A stretch of 64,000 bases of DNA, from the NCBI GenBank assembly GCA_964199315.1, contig OZ116709.1, forward strand, positions 26,288,001-26,352,000. The letters run 5' to 3'. The notes under the pieces were generated by a model. It had not been told where the DNA came from. It did not search any database and was given only the letters and a program-made list of their open reading frames with translations. This document shows, in pieces, positions 26,496-37,400 of this stretch; the first letter of the stretch is position 1; every line of letters begins with the position of its first letter. Position numbers and translations under genes: made by a program. Source of the DNA: Orbicella franksi. Lineage: Eukaryota.

Positions 26496-26965
26496 CACGC
26501 GCGAGGTACGTGCTGGTCACGCTACGCATACCCATGGGAGATCTGGGTTGGAGAGTTGCCATTTTTTTCGCTCGCGGTTTTGAGATGACAGTGTTTAGAA
26601 TGGAGCAGCAAGACCCACGGCATCGACGAACAAACTGCTCGTGTAATATTTTTACTGATATCTGACTTTTAAACCTAACTTATCAAGCCGGTATGAAAAC
26701 ATTCTAGAAATTCAAATAGGAAAAAAAAAGAAGATGTGAATAAGCAGGACTAGTACAATGGCAGGACAGACAAATTGGTTTATACTCTGGCCTGGTAACT
26801 TTTAAAGTGATCAAACCTATTACGTGCTTGGGTAACAATTTCCTTATGTCACTCTGACGACCGTGAGTCAAAGCAAACACGAGCGACGGCGAAGCAGAAG
26901 CCAGCGAAGACGAACAACGTCTCATTAGAGAGATTGACAAAGAAATAAACAAGCTGAAATACTTC

Positions 26966-29900
26966 TTGGAGGAGACAGGAGAACTGATTGAACTCGGGGA
27001 CTTTGCTGAGATGCATATCGCCAACAAACGAGCCGAGAAAATTATCGCGAAACTATCGGATCTTATTTCACAGACAGAAGAGTTGAAAATTGAGCGAGGA
27101 GTGACATCTCGTTCTGTGAGACAGTGGAAGAAAGACACCAAATCCAAATACGCAGCGTTAGTTATCGACAAGGAGAGGCTTGGAAAGTGTCTTAGTGAAA
27201 AAGAAGAGGAAATTGAGCGGCGGAAAGAAGATTCGAAACGGGAACAACAGATGGAAGACGAGTGGCGAATTTGCGAGCTCCGTGAAAGACAACAGAACCA
27301 CGAGCGTGAGTTATGGAAGGAAAAGCTCGAAGCAGAATTGCGGGTAGCGGAGAAGAAATTAGAAATGGAGAAAACCGCCGTTTCCAGCACAACTAAACTG
27401 CCGAAACTTAAGATGACACCGTTCAAAGGTACTGCTGGCGACTGGGTGAGATTTAAAAACATGTTCCTAACTCAAGTTGATGCCAAGTCAATTTCTGACG
27501 AAGAGAAATTCGGCTATCTGCTAGAATCTATCGGGCCGCAGGTGAGAGGCCGAATTGCAAACTTGAAATCTGGGCGTATTGGTTATAAGACGGCATGGGA
27601 ACGACTTAAAAAGGAGTTCGGTCAAACTAAAGTTGTCATCAATGCACACATGGACGAAATAATCAATCTACCTCTGGTCAAAGGAACGAATTATTTCAAA
27701 ATACAAGAGTTTTACGAGAGGCTGAGCAAAAACTATGACGCTCTCCAAACACTTGAAGAAGCTGAGAAATTACAAGGGTTTGTAATGAATACGATCAACA
27801 AATTGCCACATGTCAAACCGGACCTAGTACGAGTTGATGAGAATTGGGAGGAATGGTCGATGGAACATTTAATTGACGCTTTGCAGAAGTGGCTAAAGAG
27901 AAATCACGTGGAAAACAGCAAATGCGAGAAACATCTCTTCACACAGAGGCCAGGAGATAATCGGTCACCTTATTGCCTTTTCTGCCGAAAGCATGATCAC
28001 TGGAGTGGAAACTGCACCGTGGTATCAGGGTTGGTGAACAGAAAGAAGTTCTTTGTGGATCACAATTTATGCTTTAACTGTGGGCGTGCAAATCACAGAG
28101 CAGACCAGTGCCAGAGGCGCGGGTGCCTGAAGTGCAAATACAAACATCATACAAGCATATGCGACAGAGAGGAGAGAGAAAGCAGCAGTGCGAATGGGGT
28201 TTCGCTGACTGGCTACATTAATTATGCAGAGGAGAGAGTACTACCCGCCATAATTCCCGTGAGCATCAAAGGACAGGTTCTCTGGGCCTACCTGGACACA
28301 GGATCTGCATGCAATTTCATCTCGCGTGAGGCAGTCAAGATGTTAAAGTTGAAGCCAACTCGTCATGAGACCCGTGAAATCTTGACGGTCAATGGAACCA
28401 AAGTCCAGTCCATGCCAATCTTTGACACCCGCATTGAATCGCTGGACGGAAAATCATGTGAAGAAATTGAATTCACTGGCTCAAAGTTAGTGGACTTTAC
28501 CACAGTGAGAAGGCCAGACATGAACCAGCTGAAACTGAAGTACTCGCATACACGAGACAAGAGGTTCTACATGACGTCTTCAGGAGAACACCAGATACAT
28601 CTCATTCTCGGAGATAGCATTTACAGCAGAATAAGGACGGAGAGAGTGTTCAAAGGGAAGCCAGGAGACCCCCTAGTGCAAGAGACAACGTTTGGTTGGG
28701 TGGTCCATGGTGGAGATGAATATGGGAGTGGCAGCACCTGCATGTACTTGAGAGAAGCTAACGACTATGAGAAACTTTACAGTTTGGATGTACTGGGGAT
28801 TGAGGATCGGGGTGAGAATGATCAGCTGGATGTTCTGCGTGACTTCAAGGAGAGTGTAGTGAAAAGAGAGGATAGAAGATATGAGGTCAGTTTTCCATGG
28901 ATTCCTGGAACAATGTTATCGAACACAAATGAGACACTTAGCAGAAAGCGTCTTGAGAATGTGGAGAGAAAATTGTTGAGAAATGAGAAATTGAGAGAAG
29001 AATATGGTGGCATCGTCGAAGAGCAGCTCAAAGAAGGCATAATAGAAGAAGCTCCTCAGAATCCAACCGGAGAACGAGTATTCTACATGCCACATAAACC
29101 AGTTGTAAAGCAAAGTGCAGTTACCACGAAGGTTCGCATGGTGTTTGACGCGAGTGCTAAACCACAGCCATTGGCCAACAGCATCAATGACTGCATGTTT
29201 ACTGGGCCCCCATTACAGCCACTCCTCTGGGACATAATGGTTAGAGCGCGCATGTCCACAAATCTACTTCTGGGTGATATTGAGAAGGCGTTTCTGCAGA
29301 TAAGTGTTAAAGAGGAAGATAGAGATTCATTCAGATTCCTGTTCAATGTCAAGGGAGAAGAGAAGCATCTAAGATTTACACGTGTACCCTTTGGAGTTGA
29401 AGCGAGCCCCTTCTTATTGGGAGCCACTCTGCAGCATCACTTTCAACAGCAAGGGCCAGAGTTCTCAGAAACCGTGAGCGCACTCAAGGAGAACACTTAT
29501 GTTGACAATCTAATGCAAACGGGAGAAGATGATGAGAAGCTTGTGAGGTTCAAAGAAGAGAGCACTATCATAGTCGAGTCAGCTAAGTTTCCAGTTCACA
29601 AGTGGGAATCGAACGTTAAATGTTTTGAGAGTGAAGGCATGCCAAACCCTAGCAAGATTCTAGGACATACGTGGAACAAAGAAGATGATACACTGGAGCT
29701 GCCTGCAAAGCCTTTCCCACACGAACAGCCAGTGACTAAGCGAACTATCCTCAGTTATCTAGGAACTGTGTATGACCCACTCGGGATAATCTCGCCCACT
29801 ATGGCTGAAGGAAAACACATCTACCGCAAAACCTGTGATGAAAAGAAGAGCTGGAATGCAGAAGTTTCTACTCATTTGAAGAACCAATGGCTCAAGTGGA

Positions 29901-32119
29901 CAAAGCAGCTTAAAGATGTCAGAATTCCTAGAAGTGTTGCTACCTCAATTGGAGAGATGGAAGCAGTCCATTTACATATTTTCGCAGATGCAAGCATTCT
30001 AGCATGCTGTGCAGTGGCGGTTGCGGTTGTGGAGCACGGGACAGGCGTGGCTAAAGGGCTACTGACATCAAAATCACGAATCTCAAAGAGAAACACTTCA
30101 ATAGCTAGACTGGAACTTGTGAGCGGTCATATGGCAGCGAATATGGCGAAGAACCTTGGCACTGCTCTTCAGCGGTGGCCCATCAGATCTACCACCATTT
30201 GGATGGACAGCATGGTGGCGTTGTATTGGATAACCAATCCTGGCAAAGGTTGGAAGGTGTTTGTGGCCAATGGAGTGAAGAAGATAGCAGAAACCACTGG
30301 TCCAATCAACATCACTTGGAAGTACTCCCCATCCGAAATGAATCTAGCCGACCTTGGAAGTAGAGGGGCGACCATTGCAAAGATGGAGAGAGGAAACTGG
30401 TTTTCTGGTCCAGATTGGCTCTTGGATGAGAGACAGTGGCCACAGCAGCCAAGGCTGAACAACAGCAAAGAGACAGATGAGGAGTTCAAGGCCAACCAAG
30501 AGGCAGTTCTTCACACAGATGAGCGCAAGTTGGATGAGTGGGATGCATTGCTCGAGAGAAGTACCTACTGGCGGACATTGAGAGTAACAGCATGGGTTCT
30601 GAGGTTCGTCGGCAACTGCAAGGCGAGAAGAAACAAGTTAAAGAAAACAGCAGGGCCGTTAGTAACCGAGGAAATCACGACTGCGAGAAACTCCTGGGTA
30701 AAGCGAGTTCAGAAAGCAGACGAAGCATGTCTACAATCCCCGGGATGGAAGTTGGTCAGAGATGAACATACAGGTGTTCTCAAGTGTGAAGGTAGAATTA
30801 AAGGATACAGGCCAACGTACCTTCCTAGAGGACCATTTGCTGAGAAGCTTATTGTTCACACACACAATCAGGTCATGCATCTTGGAACTGCAAACACAAT
30901 GGCAAGTGTGAGAGAGAACTGGTGGATACTGAAGTTGAGAGCCAAAGTTAAGAAAGTTATCAAGAAGTGCAATGTTTGCAAAGTATTCTCCACCAGACCA
31001 TACGGAGTGCCGTCGACAAGTGCCTTGCCAGAATACAGAACAGAGGGGAGCAGACCATTCGAAGTGACCGGAGTAGACTTTGCCGGACCTTTTAGTTATA
31101 AGGTTGGAAAAAAGGAACAAGGAAAGTGCTACCTTATTATTTTCACATGTGCAAGCTCCAGAGCAATCCATTTAGAAGTAACAAGGACCCAAACAGCAGA
31201 CGAATTCAAGCAGAAACTCAATGCATTTATCTCACGTCGAACAAGACCTCGCATCATAGTTCTAGCGCTATACAAGTCTATTATTATTATTATTATCATC
31301 ATCTCAGACAATGCGAAAGTATTCAAGACTACAGCAGATTGGATCAAAACCATCAGGAAAAGTGAGAAGCTACAGGATTGTCTAGCACGTGAGAACATTC
31401 ATTGGTAGTTTAATCTTGCCAAATCGCCCTGGTGGGGAGGATTCTATGAGAGATTGATCAAGGAGATCAAGAAGGCGATACACAAGACCTTAGGACGGTC
31501 ACATCTTTCCTATGAAGCATTTGAATCAGTCATCATGGATGTTGAAAGAAATCTTAACAATCGACCCCTGACGTATGTTGAAACAGAGGGAGGAGAGGAA
31601 GAAGTGCTGACGCCGAATGTGATCCTGTGGGGGCGAGATGCATATCCAGTAGGGGACATTGAAAATTCTGAAGCAGAGAAGCTGACGAAGATAAGCAAGC
31701 GATTGGAAGATGCCAAAGCCCATGTGTGGAAACGCTGGAAGAGAGAGTATGTCCACAGCCTAATGGAAAGCCACAGGCTTAACAAGCAAACAGGAACCAC
31801 ACCTAAAGTGGGAGAAATTGTACTCATTGTTGGAGATGAGAAGAATCGCGGCGAATGGAAAAAAGGAAAGGTGGTGCGTCTTGTACAAGGTAAGGACGGA
31901 GTTGTGAGAGGTGTGACGTTGTTCCGTAAAGGACACACCATTGAGCGACCACTTCAGTTAGTCTGCCCTTTGGAAATCCGAGCAGTGGAAAATACTGATG
32001 AGCCTCAGGAAGGGAGGAGACAACAAGTTGACTTAAGAAGCCAGAGACCAAGAAGAACTGCAGCTCAGAGGGCTACCAAGAGAATTGCAGAACAGATGCA
32101 TGCAGAGGAGGAGTATTGA
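26966..32119 (+). pseudogene. BEL/Pao gag-pol polyprotein (DUF1759 gag, Cys/His knuckles, LDTGS protease, RT YVDN, Pao RNase H, HHCC-DDE integrase, DUF5641) with one in-frame stop and a 45-nt in-frame insertion
   Basis: ORFs 26966-31408 and 31454-32119 are in the same frame and are separated by TAG at 31406-31408 within [18 protein letters not shown]. No AUG is found at the start of the frame, which is open from 26867. Confidence 0.9.
31258..31296 (+). mobile_element. 39-nt LINE 3'-tail insertion with 6-bp TSD inside the integrase
   Basis: AGTTCTAGCGCTATACAAGTCT(ATT)n flanked by CATCAT at 31252-31257 and 31297-31302. Removing it restores RPRIISDNAK. Confidence 0.7.
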
Positions 32120-32240
32120 TAAACTGGACTGTCGTCAAGCAAACCGGACTGTTGTTGATAAACCGCACTGTCACTAAGTATATCGAACTGTCTTTAGAGT
32201 GACATGATTGTAAAAATTGAGCTACAATTTTTAGGGGAGT

Positions 32241-32460
32241 TGTGTACGAGAGTTTTGACGGACCCCCACCCCCGTAGTTTGCGACATTCAATTGTGTGAC
32301 CAAATATGGTAGTGAGCACGTGTAGTGACTTTTCTCAGAAACTGGAGAGACGAAGCAGCGAGTTGAACTGTGAGCATACTGTGAGTTTAGAGAGAGTTTT
32401 AGCTGCGAAATAAACCTGAAAACTAGTGAGTACTGTGTACCGTTGATAAACGGCTCACCA
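32241..32460 (+). repeat. 3' LTR of the BEL/Pao element (220 bp)
   Basis: Starts TGTG 1 nt after the PPT, contains AATAAA near its end, and ends CACCA. Confidence 0.75.
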
Positions 32461-33029
32461 GTCGCACCACGATTTTAATCAAGTTTAAGAAGAAAGGAGA
32501 TCAATGCGGTGTTTGGATATCTGATCTTAACAACCATAGATTATTACGATTTTATTTCTCCGTTTTCTCCTTTATTTTAAATTCAATTGAGAAGATACAT
32601 CACTCACATTTCTTAACACCTTGAAGTTCGTCAAAAATACTTCACTGCGTGGCGTTTTTTCAACTCAGCTCTTCTACGTTTGGAAATGTGGTAAGACAAC
32701 GTCTCTCGTGTTTAATTGTCCACCAGTGACATTCACCAATTCGGTGTTGAATTATTTAATGCATACAGCTGATGAACAGATATTCCTTAACACATTGAAT
32801 AATTAGTTTGAGTGTCACACTTTTTCAACAGGTAATCAATTATGTGGAAGTTATATTAATTACAAAAGACTTTCATGGTCAATCGGAACCACATTGCAGT
32901 TCAGCAACATAGACCATAATTTGGGCATGCAAGCAGAACGACTGATGCCCAAATTTCGTGGAAGATATCGACAGATTTACATAGACAGTGTCGAATTTAT
33001 ATCATCGAACTCAAATCACGTTTGTTATT

Positions 33030-33108
33030 CCCCGGGGGGGGGGGGGTTATGGGCTACATAGGTATGTGCCGCTGTGAAGGGTATGGTTTTCAAGCAGTTT
33101 ACTCTAGG

Positions 33109-33147
<39 letters not shown>

Positions 33148-33787
33148 GTCTCATTTTTCACTTAAACTGACTAGTTGGTCGCAGATTTTATCCAGACTAA
33201 GGAAACCAGGAATCACCACTCAAAAATATAAAAAAATGAAATCGGCAAGTTTAAATTTTTGCAACTCAGCCTCAACAGCGTCGATAGATGACTATCATAA
33301 AACACTACATTCGAACCTCGATTATCCGTACCTCGATTATCCGGACTTTTTCTCTAGTCCCAATTTTGGCATGAATATTTATTAGTCATAATCAAGATCC
33401 GTAGCAATATTCATTTTAAAACTATAGCATTGAAAAGTGCAGGCAAAAGCGAGCTTGTTTTGCTTTTAAAGAGCAAAAGCAGCGCTCGCACGCGTCATAA
33501 CTAATGAAGAACACTCAAATGAGTTCTGACTGGCTCAGAGTTGAGTGGTTCAAGATGTACAGTAAACCATATTGTTTTCCAAGCGATTCGTAAAAGTGTT
33601 GTTTCACGATTAAATGTTGCTTTATTTAAACAGTTTTGTTCTTCATTAATATTTATATTTTCGATTTTTCGGACCCTCGATTATCCGGACTATTTCGTCT
33701 GGTCCCAACAAGTCCGGATAATCGAGGTTCGACTGTACTGAATATCATTAACTGTCAAAAATCGGGATTCAGACGGAAATTCGGCTG

Positions 33788-33818
<31 letters not shown>

Positions 33819-33871
33819 GGTCCCAGCGGCGCATCCCCACCCAGAAATTCCAAAAGTACCCCCCCCCCGGG
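33030..33871. mobile_element. CCCGGG-terminated MITE containing a nested pogo/Tc1-mariner MITE
   Basis: Ends CCCGGGGG.../...CCCCCGGG with flanking direct repeat GTTATT(C). Confidence 0.65.
33308..33735. mobile_element. Tc1/mariner (pogo/Tigger-like) MITE, nested
   Basis: TIR CA(T/G)TCGAACCTCGATTATCCG / CGGATAATCGAGGTTCGACTG with TA on both sides. Confidence 0.8.
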
Positions 33872-34441
33872 GTTATTCCGCAACGAAGGACTTATTCCGG
33901 AGACACGCTTGAGTTATATCTCTGGTTCATAAACATTGGAATTGAGTATTGCATGGGAGACGGTGACTACAAAAGGAATTCTAATGAAACTATCACCTCC
34001 GTCTTAGCGTTTCCGCAAATGACCCCTGCAAAAGTCATCTGCTCGCTTTCAAATATTGTTTTAATTTAGAGCCAGAACTTTCTGAGAGTATTCTTTTTTG
34101 TTTTTTTTCAGTTTTAGCACAGATATGACAGTCATGCTGAGTAAGCCAGGGGTTCTCTTTTTTTTTCAGCTTTAAACTAGAAACAGCGTGATAGGTTTTA
34201 AAACTCTATTTATTGCAGAGTTATTTCAAATAAACAACCTAACTATAAATTACACTTTTGGAATACACCTGTCTTTCTAATAATGTTCAATATATTTCAA
34301 TTGCACGTTCTTGCTATTGGTTGCGAGGAATTATAATATCGTATAATAAGGCATACATTCTGAGCGGTATTTAGAATATCATTACTCCTTCGATTGACTG
34401 ATGCCTCACATAACTAAAGTTTCACTCAGACCTGAACATCA

Positions 34442-37400
34442 ACGGCGGATCTGCTTGTACAAACCAGTGCTGTCATATTCATTCTGAGTAACTTTGTGGT
34501 CCCCGCTGCCATTTCGCAGGCTCTCATTGGTAAGCAAACTCCTTATAATCGCTGTCCGTTACAACTAAAAGCTGTTGTTTATGCAAAAGGTGATCTCTGT
34601 AATGGTACCGAGTATATCAACTGCCTGAGGTTTTCTCTGCAAGGACTCAACACTGAGCAAGATCTGTTCAAAAAAGACCGATATATACGGTATATGTATT
34701 TATCCCTTCCCCACTAACAGCCCCCAAAAAGCAATAAATTTATTACACCGGCCATTTCAGTGACTGAAAAAGAAATATAGATGTGATATCTCAAATCGCG
34801 AACGAAAAACGACAAAAATATGGTTGGTGTAAACGCCTTATTCCTCACAAAAAATATACGTTTCTAAGGTACCTTTTAAGTGTTTTGTGTGCACGATAAA
34901 TTATGAGATAAAATCTAGGCTTAACTGCATGTCACGAGCACTCATTCCAGCTGTCTAAAAATGATCTGACGCTCAAATAAAACCATTTCTAAGATCTTCA
35001 ATATCTTTCCTTCAGTGACTGCTGTGGAAAACTTATAACCCACACAGATAAAAAAACTCATAAAACGCATATTACTTATTAATAGGAGTCAACACCTCAA
35101 ACCGAGAAAACAGAAAAATTTCTCATGAAATCCGCAGGGTTGCAGTAATCATAACATTTTTTCAGTGTTAGAGATCATTATCATTTTATGACCTTGGATC
35201 GCATATGCCAATGATTATCTCTATTATGATTATATTTTTTTAATATTTATATTTAACAAACCAGGAATTGAAAGTTGTTTTAATTAAAACAAGTTTCTAT
35301 TTTTCTCACGTAAATGTTGTACGTATTTCTAGCGCTTAATATGTTATTATTGGCGCTCGTTGATATCTCAAATTCTTTGAATCTACATGATATACCTTAC
35401 CAACTCCAGCTGAGGGCAATTTTTGATCAATTTCGTCGAAAAGTACAGCAATTATCTAATTGCTTTTGCCTGACCAATTTTGGTTTCCCTTAGAGGTTCG
35501 GAAAATAGTAGGTGTAGAGCATTGGTAAACTACTACCAGTTAACAATCATTCCAATGTTATTCAAAGATGGCAGATGTACCCTGGTCAAGGTTTTCGCCG
35601 CAAAAGTCGACAAATCATTGGAGGACCATGTGCTAGCGTCATATCCGGTGGAGAAGGAAGATGACTGCCAGATGAAATGCTTCAGACACAAGTATTGTGT
35701 GTCGTATAACCTGGGTCCTGCAGTGGAAAATGGTGTGCGAGAATGTGAAATCAGCCAATCTGATGAGTTTAGAGACCCTCAAAGCATGACGGACAGGCCT
35801 GGGTACTTCTACCGTGGAACCGAGGTAGAGTGATCCTTACCGACAAAATTAACAAATAGATTCCATGTTGCCGTGCGTCTGTTCAGTAATAGATCACAGA
35901 CGACGTCAAAATGTGGTAAGAACAAAAAAGGGGTACATGAGTCTTTTGGCGAGCGTGTTACTGATGTTTGCTGTGCTTTGGAAATAAAACTTCAATATCT
36001 CATTAATCTCGTTAGTTCGTGTGACAAATATTTCGTAATGCATGAAATGTCTATTTTGTTTTCCGTGAAATGTGATCTAGACCCCATATTTTACCAGCCT
36101 CTTACATCTTATCTTTGTCCAACCCTACTCTTCACTGTTCTTTAGGCTAGAAATACGTGTAGCTGGGATTTGGGAACTCTAGGTGTGCCTTTATTGGCCT
36201 GAAACGTTCGTAGAGGCATATGCTGACCTAGTTGAAGGTCTTCTAAAAATATAGAAAGGTGAAAATTTAGGTTTGCAATTCCGGCAAACCCTTCTCGGCG
36301 TTTGTCATTTCTATTTTCAACGCCTACAGCTACATCTTATATTTTCTTCTTGTCCACAAGGTTTTCGTGGTGGCGTATTTCATTTTGTGCTCTTTTATAG
36401 AACTCGTGTTCGACTGGTCTATGCCCTAAGAACGCTTCGTGCATTCCAAACTTTGAATCACTCGACATCTTCCAGTGCGTGTGTCCATCAGGCTTCACTG
36501 GAGAAATTTGTGCTGTCGGTGAGTATGAAGAAACAGCTAGCAATTGATATAATTGTAGCCTGTGAACAGGCTACGGCTGGAAAGGTCTGGCCTGTTCACA
36601 GGCTAATATAGTGGCTAACGACATCTGTTTATACAGTTGTATAGCCACGTCATGACACTAGTAACCAATTGCAAGGCTAAAAAAACTTCATTTACCAAAT
36701 GATTTGACCAAATCAAAATTCAGAACTGCGTAACTGCGCAGGCAGCCTCGTCCCCGGGGTCTCCTCCTCGATGATTTTCAGAATTGTCCTGGGGACGAGG
36801 TTTCGAAGCCAGGCTCTCGTCGACCTTAAGGAGCGCAAGTCGGGAAAGCTTCCATGTGCAACACTGGGGGTGTATTTCGCTATTACGATATATTACTGAT
36901 CCTTTTTGTCAAAATTTTTAACTGATACAGATGTTGACGAATGTCAAGAAAAATATGACAACTGCCACCTTCATGCCAGCTGCAAGAACACCGCGGGCTC
37001 ATTTGAATGCTTCTGTCACGATGGATTCACCGGGAACGGTCGCTTTTGCGCAGGTACTGAAGACTGAATATCCCGCAGTCACCTGTCAGAGGCTAAGGCA
37101 AATGCAGTGTGGTTGCTCTATTCCAATTTATATAATAAGTCAAATTATTCTCGCATTTTGATTGGTTCTTACCTGTGATCAATTGGAGGACAGACGTAAA
37201 GATGACGTCATTAACATTTGTTGGTTTCTTTATTATATAAAACAGATAGATTCCATGTTGCCTTGCGTCTTTTCAGTAATAGATCATAGAAGACGCCAAG
37301 ATGTGGTAACAAAATCAGTGAAACACTCGCCTAACGACTCGCGTGCCCCTTTTCTGTTCTTACCACATTTTGACGTCATTTGTGAGCTATTTCTGAGGAG

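Larger units (their letters stand above)
26855..32460 (+). mobile_element. BEL/Pao LTR retrotransposon, 5' LTR missing
   Basis: Single gag-pol frame, polypurine tract AGGGGAG at 32233-32239, 3' LTR TG...CA at 32241-32460, and a possible degenerate PBS TGACGACCGTGAG at 26855-26867. No sequence matching the LTR is found upstream of gag. Confidence 0.92.

Noticed and set aside
24821-26588. ORFs 24821-25216, 25384-25566, 25981-26163, 26309-26491, 26313-26588 and 26341-26562
   Set aside because: They are antisense to oxidase exon 1 or mirror-image frames produced by the palindrome, with no recognisable domain.
26704-32051. Multiple minus-strand and alternative-frame ORFs over the retrotransposon
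   Set aside because: They are shadow frames of the gag-pol sequence.
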